A DNA stretch of 64,000 nt from a virus (lineage: Duplodnaviria > Caudoviricetes). Positions 26,806 through 36,929 of this stretch are shown in pieces. The stretch's first letter is position 1; every line of letters starts with the position of its first letter. A program made the translations under genes and the position numbers. The stretch spans positions 1,169 through 65,168 of the IMG/VR virus record IMGVR_UViG_3300025009_000098; one strand, written 5' to 3'. The notes under the pieces are model-generated. The model saw nothing but the letters and a program-made list of their open reading frames with translations, searched no databases and was not told the DNA's origin.

Positions 26806-27807
26806 ATGCCTACAATGACCGTCAGTGATATCTCTTATCGAACCGCAGGCTACGTCGCCGCTGACTTGCTGAAGCGAGCCGACCCCGATCTGGTTATGCA
26901 GCCGTTTCTGCAGACCAAAGCCATCCCGCGCAACTCTTCGGATACCGTTAAGTTTCGCAGGTACGAGGCCTTGTCAGCAGCTACTACGGACCTGACCGAG
27001 GGCGTAACCCCGGCCGGCAGTACCATCACCAGCACCGATTATCAGGCCACACTCGCCCAACTCGGCGACTGGGTTGGCATTACCGATAAGGTAGCCGACA
27101 CCCATGAGGATCCAATCATCAAGGAGTACAGCGACATCCTGGCCAAACAGGCTGCCCTGTCGGTTGAGACCCGGCTGTTCTACATCATGCGGGCCGGCAC
27201 CAACCGTTATTTCGCCAACTCGACGGTTCGTACCGATGTCAATACAACCCTGACCAAGACCCTGCAGCAGAAGATCACCCGCGGGTTCAAACGTCAGAAC
27301 GCCTCCGTCATCACCAAGAAACTCTCCAGTTCAGCGAACATGGAGACCGTCAATGTGAAACCCGGCTTTATCGCCTTCACCCATCCCGATCTCGAGGATG
27401 TTATTCAGAAGATGTCCGGGTTCAAGGATGTGGTGGACTACGGCTCGATGGTCGGTTACCCGACCGAGATCGGTTCCGTCGGCAATGTCCGTTATCTCAC
27501 CTCTACTGTCTTCACCCCTTGGGCTGATGGCGGAGGGCTCAAGGCCGGCTCCGGCACCACGATGATCTCCACGACCGGCACCAATGCCGACGTGTATCCG
27601 GTTATCTACATCGCCGCCGACGCTGCGGCCGTCACCCCGCTCAAGGGCGCCACGGCTCTCACTCCGTTTGTCAAGAACCCGGGTATCGTCAGCGACTCCG
27701 ACAAGCTCGGCCAGCGCGGACATATCGGCTGGAAGACCTACTTCGCAGCATTAATTTTGAACCAATTATTCTGCGCGGTCTGTGAGGTTGCGATTCCAGA
27801 ACTGTAA
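26806..27807 (+). CDS. major capsid protein, N4-gp56 family
   Basis: TVKFRRY, LTEGVTP, DTHEDP, EIGSVGNVRY, DVYP, DKLGQRGHIGWK. Confidence 0.93.
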   Translation: MPTMTVSDISYRTAGYVAADLLKRADPDLVMQPFLQTKAIPRNSSDTVKFRRYEALSAATTDLTEGVTPAGSTITSTDYQATLAQLGDWVGITDKVADTHEDPIIKEYSDILAKQAALSVETRLFYIMRAGTNRYFANSTVRTDVNTTLTKTLQQKITRGFKRQNASVITKKLSSSANMETVNVKPGFIAFTHPDLEDVIQKMSGFKDVVDYGSMVGYPTEIGSVGNVRYLTSTVFTPWADGGGLKAGSGTTMISTTGTNADVYPVIYIAADAAAVTPLKGATALTPFVKNPGIVSDSDKLGQRGHIGWKTYFAALILNQLFCAVCEVAIPEL

Positions 27808-27812
27808 TATCT

Positions 27813-27838
27813 GAGGGGGGCTCCGGCCCCTTTCTCTT
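27813..27838 (+). terminator. rho-independent terminator after MCP
   Basis: GGGGC-TCCG-GCCCC hairpin followed by TTTCTCTT. Confidence 0.7.
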
Positions 27839-27863
27839 AAAAATTTAGCAGGAGGATTTCGAT

Positions 27864-28409
27864 ATGAGTTTGAACCACGCAGATCAGTATCAGAAGGTTG
27901 GGACATTCGTCGTTGACGATCCGGTCTCCGCGATGAACGTCATCCTCGGCTGGCAGCCGAGGTACGTGCGGGCGATCAATGTCAATAACCTCGCATCTTA
28001 CGAGTATTTCTCCGGCATGGCTGCAGGCACCTCGCTCGACAACGCAAACGCTGACGCCGTTCAGTGGTCGGTCAACGCTGCCGGCTCGATCTCGCTGTAT
28101 GCAGGAAGGGCGTCTGGGTCGACGATCACAGGCACCGTCGCCGTCACGGCCGGGTCCGCCACAGTCACCGGCACCAGCACTAATTTTATTGGTGAACTGG
28201 TTGTCGGAGACAAGATCATGGTCAACGGTGAGACCCGCGTAGTCGCCGCCATCGCCACGACCACCAGCCTTACCACGGAGACGACATTCGACGCCGCCGC
28301 CTCCACTGTATCGTGCTACGATATGTCAGGCAAAGGTCCTGGGTTCACGCTCGGTACTGACATTTGTGACACCGCGGCCGACGTAGTTCGCTGGCTGGCC
28401 CTTCGCTAA
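27864..28409 (+). CDS. putative capsid decoration protein
   Basis: Follows MCP; LGWQPRYVRAIN...GFTLG framework with an inserted beta module. Confidence 0.6.
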   Translation: MSLNHADQYQKVGTFVVDDPVSAMNVILGWQPRYVRAINVNNLASYEYFSGMAAGTSLDNANADAVQWSVNAAGSISLYAGRASGSTITGTVAVTAGSATVTGTSTNFIGELVVGDKIMVNGETRVVAAIATTTSLTTETTFDAAASTVSCYDMSGKGPGFTLGTDICDTAADVVRWLALR

Positions 28410-28454
28410 ACCCTTACCTGTTCAGGCGGGCAAATACTACCTGAAGGAGAATAT

Positions 28455-29069
28455 ATGAGCAGACAAGAAGTTAAGACCCAGAGAGTCATCACTGATTATC
28501 TGGAAACATCCAACAGTGGGATGCCTACTATCGGTGGCCTCAACGCTACAGTAGCTGAACTCAACTATGCCGCCGACCTCTCGGCCCAGGATGCCATGGC
28601 TCCGGGTGCAGGTTTCGCCGGTACCGGTACGATCTACGAAAGCGCGGTTGAGCGGGTCGGTGGGCTGATCAAGACCACGATCCTCATCGATCTCACCGGC
28701 GCCAAGTCGACGACCACGGACCTCGATATCATCGGGCTCAGTGGTGTCTCACACATCGGTCAGTTTACCGCGGCCGTAAACGGGGCGTACCTGGGAGGCA
28801 AGTTGACTTGTCTTGAGGCGCCTACTGGAGGCGTGACGGACATTGATCTCTACGCTGCCACCGAAGGGACCGGGGCCTATGACGGGGCGGTTGGCGACTT
28901 GGTAGAAACCGCTCTCGTTACGGCCGGCGGAGCATGGACGCTTGGGCTTACCAAACCGTTGCTTGTCGACATAGCAGCCAACAAGTATCTGTATCTCACC
29001 TCCGGTGCCGCAGGAACAGCGGCAACGTACACTGCCGGCAGGTTCCTGCTCGAGATCTGGGGCGTGTAA
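28455..29069 (+). CDS. virion structural protein
   Basis: G/A/T-rich; ATVAELN, YLYL...YTAGRFLLEIWG. Confidence 0.65.
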   Translation: MSRQEVKTQRVITDYLETSNSGMPTIGGLNATVAELNYAADLSAQDAMAPGAGFAGTGTIYESAVERVGGLIKTTILIDLTGAKSTTTDLDIIGLSGVSHIGQFTAAVNGAYLGGKLTCLEAPTGGVTDIDLYAATEGTGAYDGAVGDLVETALVTAGGAWTLGLTKPLLVDIAANKYLYLTSGAAGTAATYTAGRFLLEIWGV

Positions 29070-29158
29070 TTTAATTGAAAGGCACTTACAGGAGCAGGGG
29101 GGCGACTCCCTCTCTTGTGAGTGAAGTTCAACCGCAATTAAACTTTTAAGGGGGATGT

Positions 29159-29536
29159 ATGACTGGAAATGAAGAATTTGAACTTGGCCTGACTGACACA
29201 CCGGTTCCGCCCGCACCACCGGAAGATGACGAAGTAGTTGTGAAGGTGAAAGGCAAGGCTGCCAAGCCGGCCGCTGAACCTGCCAAACCGAAAGGAAAGG
29301 ACATGGTCCGGATTATGATCGACGAAGTTCCCGGGATGAACAACTACGAGGTCGTCGGGGTGAATGGGAAAGTTTATCAGATCAAGCGCGGGGTCCCTGT
29401 TGAGGTACCGCGGGAGGTCATGACCACCCTCGAGTGCTGCCAGATGACCATCGTCGAGCAGAAGAAGAATAAGTTCACCGGTGAGTCGGAAGATGTCACT
29501 CGACACTTCTCGGCCGTCCCCTGGCGGAGGGTGTAA
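29159..29536 (+). CDS. conserved head-module protein
   Basis: VGVNGKVYQIKRGVPVEVP motif typical of N4-gp56-type head modules. Confidence 0.7.
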   Translation: MTGNEEFELGLTDTPVPPAPPEDDEVVVKVKGKAAKPAAEPAKPKGKDMVRIMIDEVPGMNNYEVVGVNGKVYQIKRGVPVEVPREVMTTLECCQMTIVEQKKNKFTGESEDVTRHFSAVPWRRV

Positions 29537-29539
29537 GGC

Positions 29540-30247
29540 ATGACCCGGGCTGAGATGCTCATCGAGTTGTACGCGGTCCTCAATGCGGATTCTGCCTCGC
29601 CACCGGCTGGATGGGGGGAGACCGCCCTGCTCCGCTATCTCGCCGAAGGGCAGGACAAGTTCTGTGAAGCGACCGGCTATTTCCGGGACATCACCAACTA
29701 CAGCCTGACTTTGCAGACCGGTGTTGCCGTCTATGCCATCCCGGACCGGGTTATTCAGATTCTGGATATCTGGGACGGGACCAGGAAGCTCGGCAAGATC
29801 CTGCCCGACTCGACGACCGTAAGTGACGAGTGGCCCGAGGACCTGGGGGCGGCTGCTACCGGGCCGCCGGCGCAGTGGCGCACCGACCAGACGACCGGAT
29901 TTATCCACCTGCTCCAGACACCGACAGCGGCTGAGAATGGGGATGTCCTGACGCTGCATCTCTGGCGGTACAGTAGATACGATCTGGCCGGGAGCGGGGC
30001 GGTGCCTGAAGGTGGTGGCGCGGCCCCCCCTGCCGCGCCGGAGTTGCCGTCTCGCTTCCAGCTGGCTTGTGTGCAGTGGGCAGCACATAAGGCCTTCAAT
30101 CACCACGATGTCGAGACTCAGGACCCGATCAAGGCCGCTGACCATTTGAAGTGGTTCAACGATTATGTCTCTGACGGCAAATCCCAGATGCGCAGGATCC
30201 ATAACCAGGAGACCCGGGTTGGCATGGACCCGGCGTACCGGACATGA
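29540..30247 (+). CDS. head-tail adaptor protein
   Basis: WGETALLRYLAEGQ...PELPSRFQLACVQWAAHKAF; position after head genes. Confidence 0.7.
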   Translation: MTRAEMLIELYAVLNADSASPPAGWGETALLRYLAEGQDKFCEATGYFRDITNYSLTLQTGVAVYAIPDRVIQILDIWDGTRKLGKILPDSTTVSDEWPEDLGAAATGPPAQWRTDQTTGFIHLLQTPTAAENGDVLTLHLWRYSRYDLAGSGAVPEGGGAAPPAAPELPSRFQLACVQWAAHKAFNHHDVETQDPIKAADHLKWFNDYVSDGKSQMRRIHNQETRVGMDPAYRT

Positions 30248-31476
30248 AGTACGAGAACGGGGTCGCGACGCTGCACCCGTTCAGCGGGGGGATGAATAAC
30301 CGGGCGCAGGAGGCCCGCCTTCCGGAAGGCTTCGTCCGCAACGCCGTCAACGCCGACTTCGTTGGGGAATCCCTGCGCAGGCGCAAGGGACTGACGAAAG
30401 TTCTCTCCTGTGTCAACTCAAAGGCAGGGTTCAGTTGCCCGCTTGGTAGGTTCTTTGTTGAGGGGCCATTCCTGAAGAAGTTCAATGCCAACAATACCGC
30501 AACGACTCTCTACGCAGGGATTACCGGCACACACTGCACCTACGATTACTTTAATGATGTGCTCTATTTCAGCGATGGCGTCGTCAACCTGAAGATCACT
30601 GCAAGCGGAGTGACGAAGTGGGGCATTGAGCCACCGGCAGCGCCGGCCATCTCGAACGTATCAGGCACGTATACCGCAGGAGTATACCAGGCTGCATGTT
30701 GCTTCGTTGATGCCGCAGGGGTCGAATCAGGGGCATCCTCGGTAGTTTCTATCACGGTGAATGACAACTCAGGATTTGTCTTCACGTTGCCGACGATAAC
30801 CGATCCGCAGGTTGAGGCAGTCCGTATTTACCTCAGTACGGCAAACGGGAGTGAACTGTACCACGTAGCCGATACCATACTCAGTTCCTACACCATCACC
30901 GCCGGCCGGTACGACGAAGGGACGACACTCGAAACACAACTCATCTCCCCTCCGCCAACTGGAATCAGAATTATCCGCCATTACAACGGGCGGTCTTATG
31001 TAGCCGACTCGCATGGTCGTGTCTGGTACTCAGAACCATACTCGTTTGACCAGTTCAAACTTGGCGACAACTATATTCAGGTTACCGACCCAGTAGCCAT
31101 CATGGAGCCGGTGAAAAACGGGATATTCTTCGCCTACGGGAACAGGACTGAGTTTTGGGCAGGCAATCCTGAAGACGGATTTGAAGTCATTCCAAAGTTT
31201 GAATATGGGGGAGTGCTCGGCACAGGTGGCCCCATCCCCAATTCAGACAATGTCGCATGGCAGTCTCAGCGCGGCATGGTCGTCGGCACACCTGACGGGA
31301 ACTGCAAGAATATTCAAGAGGAAAACGTAGCCGTTGAATCCGCTGTATCAGGGGCAACTCTGGTCAGAGAGAAGGACGGCATTCGTCAATTCATAGCAAG
31401 TCTTCATCAGCCGACCACATCGACAATGGCGGCATCATCATGGGTAGATGCCGAGGTGATTCGGCGGGGAGCGTAA
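30244..31476 (+). CDS. tail tubular/stabilisation protein
   Basis: FSGGMNN...NAVNAD...LRRRKG N-terminus typical of podovirus nozzle proteins. Confidence 0.65.
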   Translation: MKYENGVATLHPFSGGMNNRAQEARLPEGFVRNAVNADFVGESLRRRKGLTKVLSCVNSKAGFSCPLGRFFVEGPFLKKFNANNTATTLYAGITGTHCTYDYFNDVLYFSDGVVNLKITASGVTKWGIEPPAAPAISNVSGTYTAGVYQAACCFVDAAGVESGASSVVSITVNDNSGFVFTLPTITDPQVEAVRIYLSTANGSELYHVADTILSSYTITAGRYDEGTTLETQLISPPPTGIRIIRHYNGRSYVADSHGRVWYSEPYSFDQFKLGDNYIQVTDPVAIMEPVKNGIFFAYGNRTEFWAGNPEDGFEVIPKFEYGGVLGTGGPIPNSDNVAWQSQRGMVVGTPDGNCKNIQEENVAVESAVSGATLVREKDGIRQFIASLHQPTTSTMAASSWVDAEVIRRGA

Positions 31477-31983
31477 ATGGAAGAGTACAAGGTAGGGTTC
31501 ACCTACACGGTTGAGCACATTGGACGAGACGGTCGGATAATTTCGACAACCGATACGTTTCATAACCTCATGCCGAACGCAGGGATTGACTACATGCTTT
31601 CTGCGGCGTTCAAGGGCGGATCGGCGTACACAACTTGGTATCTGTTTGCGTATGGGGCAAATCGTGTCCCGCTTGCCACTGATACCATGATAACTCTGCT
31701 GGCAGACTGCCAAGAGGATACGGTCTACACGGTAGTTGGGGGGGCAAGGCAGGCAGTCACATTGTCAACGCCTTCACTCGGAGTTATGACCAACACGGCA
31801 TCCCCGAACATTCTGGCGTTCCCATCAGCCTCGACTGTCAGGGGGTTAGGTTTGACAACGAATGTCACCAGGGGGAGTAATTCAGGCTTGCTGGTATCCG
31901 CTGCGCTACTGCCGTCTGTCAAAACTCCTGCTGCCGGGGAAGAACTCAAGTGTTACGTCGGCTTTGCCATCGTAGCAGTATAA
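31477..31983 (+). CDS. tail structural protein
   Basis: HNLMPNAGIDYML motif; beta-rich. Confidence 0.65.
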   Translation: MEEYKVGFTYTVEHIGRDGRIISTTDTFHNLMPNAGIDYMLSAAFKGGSAYTTWYLFAYGANRVPLATDTMITLLADCQEDTVYTVVGGARQAVTLSTPSLGVMTNTASPNILAFPSASTVRGLGLTTNVTRGSNSGLLVSAALLPSVKTPAAGEELKCYVGFAIVAV

Positions 31984-31993
31984 GGAGATAATC

Positions 31994-32386
31994 ATGGCAT
32001 TCACTACACACGGCGGCAATCTCGCACTGGCTTTTCTTCTCACCGCAGGCACAGCAACCAGACCTACCGCTTGGCATGTGGCCCTTCACACTGGCGACCC
32101 AGGCGTAGCGGGCACAGCCAACGAACTCGTGGTCGGCACAGATCCAGATTATGTGCGGAAGTCAGTCACATTCGCCACTCCTGCATCAAGACAGGCGTTA
32201 TCAGATGCGGCAGTCTCATGGACCGCAGGAACGACAGCAGGTTACAACATTACGCATGTCTCTATCTGGGATGCGGCAACAGCCGGGAATTGTCTTCTCG
32301 CTGCTGCAAAACCTGTAGTTGTCGCTGTCACAACCGGCAAGGTCACTACTTTTGCAATAGGCGAGATTATCGCCAACGCACTCTAA
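31994..32386 (+). CDS. tail structural protein
   Basis: WHVALHTGDPG...YVRKSVTF...ITHVSIWDAATAGNCL, a widespread phage tail-fibre-associated family. Confidence 0.75.
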   Translation: MAFTTHGGNLALAFLLTAGTATRPTAWHVALHTGDPGVAGTANELVVGTDPDYVRKSVTFATPASRQALSDAAVSWTAGTTAGYNITHVSIWDAATAGNCLLAAAKPVVVAVTTGKVTTFAIGEIIANAL

Positions 32387-32396
32387 GGAGTAATTA

Positions 32397-32861
32397 ATGA
32401 AAGTATCTACAGGATTACGTGTTCACCGGCTCGTTACCGGCTCGTTTAAGTCTGCGATGGACGGGGCAACTCTGAAACTCTATGGTTCTCCAACAAGTCA
32501 GGCTGCGGCAGATGCGCTTATCCCGGCTACGGCTGATGCTGCAATCGGGGCGGCTACGCTGATGTGTACCGTATCAGTCGGCGGGACTGGCACGGGTTTT
32601 ACCTTTGAGGCTACTGCTCCAAGTGGGGTATTGAGTAAGGCATCCGCTGAATCGCTTACCGGGACACTGGTTGCTACAGGGTATTACTCATTTGCAAGGC
32701 TTGTCCTCTCCACAGACACCGGAGTATTGAGCACCACTGAGAAACGGGCACAGTTCACAGTCGGCACCGTCAACAAGGAGGTCATTGTCAACTCGGCATA
32801 CAAGACCTTGGGCGATGCTCAACCAGTAACCGCTTTCTTCATCGCTGATCCGGCTGAGTAA
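32397..32861 (+). CDS. tail structural protein
   Basis: MKVSTGLR...LKLYG...PATADAA pattern. Confidence 0.65.
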   Translation: MKVSTGLRVHRLVTGSFKSAMDGATLKLYGSPTSQAAADALIPATADAAIGAATLMCTVSVGGTGTGFTFEATAPSGVLSKASAESLTGTLVATGYYSFARLVLSTDTGVLSTTEKRAQFTVGTVNKEVIVNSAYKTLGDAQPVTAFFIADPAE

Positions 32862-33877
32862 TGGATTACATTTATGATAATGGGCAACCTTGGAGGTTGC
32901 TTTATGACACCAATGCTGCCCAAACCGGAGATATAACTCCGTGGGTTGCTGGAACAGTCCTCCCCGCAGCCTCTGAGGGTGGTTGTGCGGTGATGACCAA
33001 CGCGAATACGATATATTTGCTTGGGGGTGGCACTGTAAATGTTTACAAGGCAACTATCACAAATGGTATCATCGGATCGTGGAGCACAGATACACCACTA
33101 CCGGGGGGGGTGGCGAGGGGGGTCGCCTTCCTTACCAGAGGACGGGTATATATACTCGGAAACACGTTTTCATCCGCTGTATATACTGCCCCAGTAAACG
33201 ATAATGGGGTGATAGGGACTTGGGCATCAGCAACCCCCCTTTCAGTGGCAAGGTCAGATCACGCAGGGTTGATAATAAAGAACAGGGCGTATTTATTTGG
33301 AGGATACCTTAATTCTGGGGGGAACACAGCAACAGTTATTACTGCTGTGGTAAATCAGGATGGGACTATCGGTACATGGTCTTCGTATGCCTCTCTTCCT
33401 GCCGCACTTCGCAGTCCTGTTGCGATTAAAACGGAAAACAAAGTTTATATTATCGGTGGGGAAAATTCTACTGATATATATATGGCAGCAACTGACGAAG
33501 ACGGATTGATAGGGGCTTGGTCAAATGTTGGGAATATCCCTAATGACATTAGTTACGCTCAAGCTGTAACTGTTCCTGGGATGGTTTATCTTCTTGGGGG
33601 GGCAGACCCTGCGATAAAAGATACTGTTTACAGGGCACCAATAGACATAAATGGAGATATCGGGGCGTGGTCATCTGGGACAGTTTTGCCCATATGGATG
33701 GCGATGTCTCAGGCGGTTGTGACTACCAGTAAAATTTATCTCCTTGGAGGGACCGATTGGAATGGTGTTCCGCTGAATACGGTTTACTCAGCCCCATTTG
33801 CAGGAGCCACGGCAAGTAGTTACTCGTTCAACTTATTCTGGACAAACTTTCACGGCCAGACCGAGATTCTTCCATGA
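32861..33877 (+). CDS. Kelch-repeat beta-propeller protein
   Basis: Six repeats of Y(L/I)(L/F/I)GG...VY.A....G.IG.W....LP. Confidence 0.85.
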   Translation: MDYIYDNGQPWRLLYDTNAAQTGDITPWVAGTVLPAASEGGCAVMTNANTIYLLGGGTVNVYKATITNGIIGSWSTDTPLPGGVARGVAFLTRGRVYILGNTFSSAVYTAPVNDNGVIGTWASATPLSVARSDHAGLIIKNRAYLFGGYLNSGGNTATVITAVVNQDGTIGTWSSYASLPAALRSPVAIKTENKVYIIGGENSTDIYMAATDEDGLIGAWSNVGNIPNDISYAQAVTVPGMVYLLGGADPAIKDTVYRAPIDINGDIGAWSSGTVLPIWMAMSQAVVTTSKIYLLGGTDWNGVPLNTVYSAPFAGATASSYSFNLFWTNFHGQTEILP

Positions 33878-35685
33878 TAACCTTTGATGGCGATCGCAGC
33901 AAAAAGCGCAAATGGTTTGCGGAGAAGCAACTCGCTGTCATCAAGGATATTGATGTACCTGCCAAAGCCGTCAAGTGGGACGGCTTTACTTTTAAGGTCT
34001 GGCAGCAAGGCGAGTTGACAGGGGGCAGGGTAACCGCTCCGATGGGTGCGGTTGTATCCTGCTCAAATGACGACGGGATAAGGTTGGCGGTAGCCGACTT
34101 CTGGGCTGGGGGGTTCACCTCTTATGTCCCGCTGAATGTCCTGTATTATGCTGCTGAAGGCAATACCCCAGTGATAAAAGCTATCAACCTTGCTTCTGCT
34201 GGGGATGTCGCTCTTGACGGCAACCAGACTGTGCAATTCAGACCCATGCTTGGAAGTTCCCCCTTTGGGCTGGTAGGTGGTGAAACCCCTGGCCCTGATA
34301 CTGTGTGGGTTCAAGATTACGCCTGTGGCCCGAACCTCTTGCCCTACAAGGGGGCTGAAGGTTTTTGGCTCTCTGTGGCCGACAACCTGTTCATCGATTT
34401 TAACAATAGCGGAGTAGCTGATTTCCCAAAGTACACCTTCGATAATACCCTGATGTTCTACTCTTCGAATGGGTCGAACCTTGGGGGAAGAAGGACCCTC
34501 ACCTTGCAAGTTGGCGGTGGCGAAGAGATGGCAGGGGCAGTGCAGCCACTTAGGACTGCGCAACAACTGGCGAAAGATTGGCAGGTGCTGCATCAATTCT
34601 ATTCCTATGAGGGACACAACAGCAAGTATATTTGCGCCTGGAATTTCCTGTTTCCGGCATATTCTCCTATATATCTGGAGACTATGATCCCGGAAGATAC
34701 GATGCCAGCCGCCTTGAGGATAATCATTCTTGATATCTCAGCGACCTCTTCATGGCCGATGGGGTATTACTCGTTTGCAGCAAACGGGGTACAGACTTTT
34801 CTGCATGTAAACAATGCTACAAACACTATCCCATATAAGATAAGCAATCCTGCGGAGGACTGGTTTGTCGCGAATCCTGCTTATGAGAATTGGCGACTGT
34901 CGTTCTCTTTTGCAGTTGGAAGCACGGTATCGGTAATAGATTCGAGCCAGTTTATACTGTTACTTGATGGCCTCTCTGATGTAACCGTAATTGGGGATTG
35001 GAGGATGGCAAAGAGAATGCTTGAGCAACTTCTCCCGCACCCGAACAGCAATTTTCTCATTCCCTACGACTCTGTAATGTTCCATGCTCATGATGGCCTG
35101 ATTTATACCTGGACCAGAAAGTACGGAGCGGTATATTTCTCATCTACCGGGTTATTCAGTGCGACCATTTCTGTCCCGGTAGAGGTATCGAGTGAGGACG
35201 GAGTGCGCCCTGATATTACATATGCTGGGGCATTTGAGTCGGGGAATCTATATCTGTGCATATGCAACAAAGTAAAGGAATCTGTCAGGGCGGTGTATTA
35301 CGGCTCGCCGTTTACTTCATGGGTAAAACTTCCCGGAACAGATACAGGCCAAACCCTCGTTCATGTCAGGCCGGTTAAGGTAACCCCGGATGAGATAGTC
35401 CTACTCGGAGTAATACAAGAAACTATCGAGGTTGAAACAGTACCGACTGATATATACTCCCTCGCTTTTCTCAGGTGGCAGATGATTGCAGAGGTCCCGA
35501 CGACTGCCCTTTGGCAAAAATTAGGAAGACTCCCTTTCACAGCAAGTGATAATGATAATTTCTCGGTAAGTTTGTTTGGAGTAGGGCAGTTTGTGGATGA
35601 TCTGGAATCGTATCTTTCGCCGCCTCCTACTCTGCCTCAAACGCCTGTCGGCCCATACGCTAAATACGCAATAGGGATGCCATGA
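33874..35685 (+). CDS. hypothetical tail protein
   Basis: 603-aa ORF, ATGA-coupled within the tail operon. Confidence 0.7.
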   Translation: MITFDGDRSKKRKWFAEKQLAVIKDIDVPAKAVKWDGFTFKVWQQGELTGGRVTAPMGAVVSCSNDDGIRLAVADFWAGGFTSYVPLNVLYYAAEGNTPVIKAINLASAGDVALDGNQTVQFRPMLGSSPFGLVGGETPGPDTVWVQDYACGPNLLPYKGAEGFWLSVADNLFIDFNNSGVADFPKYTFDNTLMFYSSNGSNLGGRRTLTLQVGGGEEMAGAVQPLRTAQQLAKDWQVLHQFYSYEGHNSKYICAWNFLFPAYSPIYLETMIPEDTMPAALRIIILDISATSSWPMGYYSFAANGVQTFLHVNNATNTIPYKISNPAEDWFVANPAYENWRLSFSFAVGSTVSVIDSSQFILLLDGLSDVTVIGDWRMAKRMLEQLLPHPNSNFLIPYDSVMFHAHDGLIYTWTRKYGAVYFSSTGLFSATISVPVEVSSEDGVRPDITYAGAFESGNLYLCICNKVKESVRAVYYGSPFTSWVKLPGTDTGQTLVHVRPVKVTPDEIVLLGVIQETIEVETVPTDIYSLAFLRWQMIAEVPTTALWQKLGRLPFTASDNDNFSVSLFGVGQFVDDLESYLSPPPTLPQTPVGPYAKYAIGMP

Positions 35686-36929
35686 CAATACTCTTAAAAG
35701 ATATGGGCACTGCGGTTATCTCTGGTTACACCGGGACATCTGCGAATAATGCATACACTTCAACTTCAGTTGAGACAATTGATTCCCCATCAGTCGGCCC
35801 GACTGGGCAGATATATACAGTCACCCCAGATGGTAGGTTAAACCTTGATAGGACTACATACCCCAAGGGCATCTATCTTGCCACCGCTCAAGAATATGCT
35901 ACAGTTGCAAACTCGCTTTACCCTGTAGGTATGGGGCAGTCATTGTCATGGCAACTGGTCCAGATGGAAAATCTTGGTCGCTCTCTTGGATTCGGCACTC
36001 CAATGTACACCTTTACAGGGGGGTATTGGATGGCGATGTGGAACGGCGATAACGGGATAGGATTCTATATCTTTGTCGGCTACGATGTGAGCAACCCTCC
36101 GTCACAAACGCTTTACTACAATCCAGCGACGCAGACATATTCACCGACCCCGATTAATTACACTGATCAATATGCCGATGCTACATGGCTTGCTCAACAG
36201 GATGCTGATGAGACCACGCAGACAGCGGTAGATGCTCTTGAAACGGAGATATTTGGCTCGGATGAAGGGTTTTATGTCCTTGGTGGGGGGTATAACGATC
36301 CTCTCTATGACCCTAACTCTGGGTTGCCTGAAAAGATCGACGAAGTAACAACCGCCACAGGAATTCCGTACTTTGTTTCTCCTACGGTGTCGGTCGAAAC
36401 TACAGTCACCACGACGACGACCATACCGGCAAGTGAGGCAACCACCACAACGACTGTCATTCCATACTCCTATATCGTTTCCGTTACGAACCAAGGGTGG
36501 AACTCCTGGGCGCGGAGTATAGACCCCCTTGCAGCAGGAGAATATATCCTCTTCACTATCATGTCAGGGGTTCATGCCGCACAACTTGCGATCGGCCCAA
36601 AAGGAAAAGAAGGAAATGGGATTAATACTTTCTCGCATGCTCTGATGATTGACTCTGAAGGAATCCATGTCTACGAGAACGGGGCAAAGAGTTCGACGAT
36701 GAAACTGGCGCAGGTCGCTACGTCATTACTCAGAATATACCGCCACGAAGACAACACCATTCATTATGTAGTCACTACTGGAACGGAGACAATCGTCCAC
36801 AGAAGCGCACTGGCAAGCCCATATCCCTTGGTCGTGCCGCTGTACGTGTACGGGCATCTCTATACCAGTGGCGATAAGGTTCTTTCGGCAAGGTTCAGAA
36901 GTGGCGAGATCCACTACGGGAGCGTCTGA
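35682..36929 (+). CDS. hypothetical tail protein with Thr-rich linker
   Basis: 415 aa; TTVTTTTTIPASEATTTTT linker then GWNSWARS domain. Confidence 0.7.
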   Translation: MTILLKDMGTAVISGYTGTSANNAYTSTSVETIDSPSVGPTGQIYTVTPDGRLNLDRTTYPKGIYLATAQEYATVANSLYPVGMGQSLSWQLVQMENLGRSLGFGTPMYTFTGGYWMAMWNGDNGIGFYIFVGYDVSNPPSQTLYYNPATQTYSPTPINYTDQYADATWLAQQDADETTQTAVDALETEIFGSDEGFYVLGGGYNDPLYDPNSGLPEKIDEVTTATGIPYFVSPTVSVETTVTTTTTIPASEATTTTTVIPYSYIVSVTNQGWNSWARSIDPLAAGEYILFTIMSGVHAAQLAIGPKGKEGNGINTFSHALMIDSEGIHVYENGAKSSTMKLAQVATSLLRIYRHEDNTIHYVVTTGTETIVHRSALASPYPLVVPLYVYGHLYTSGDKVLSARFRSGEIHYGSV

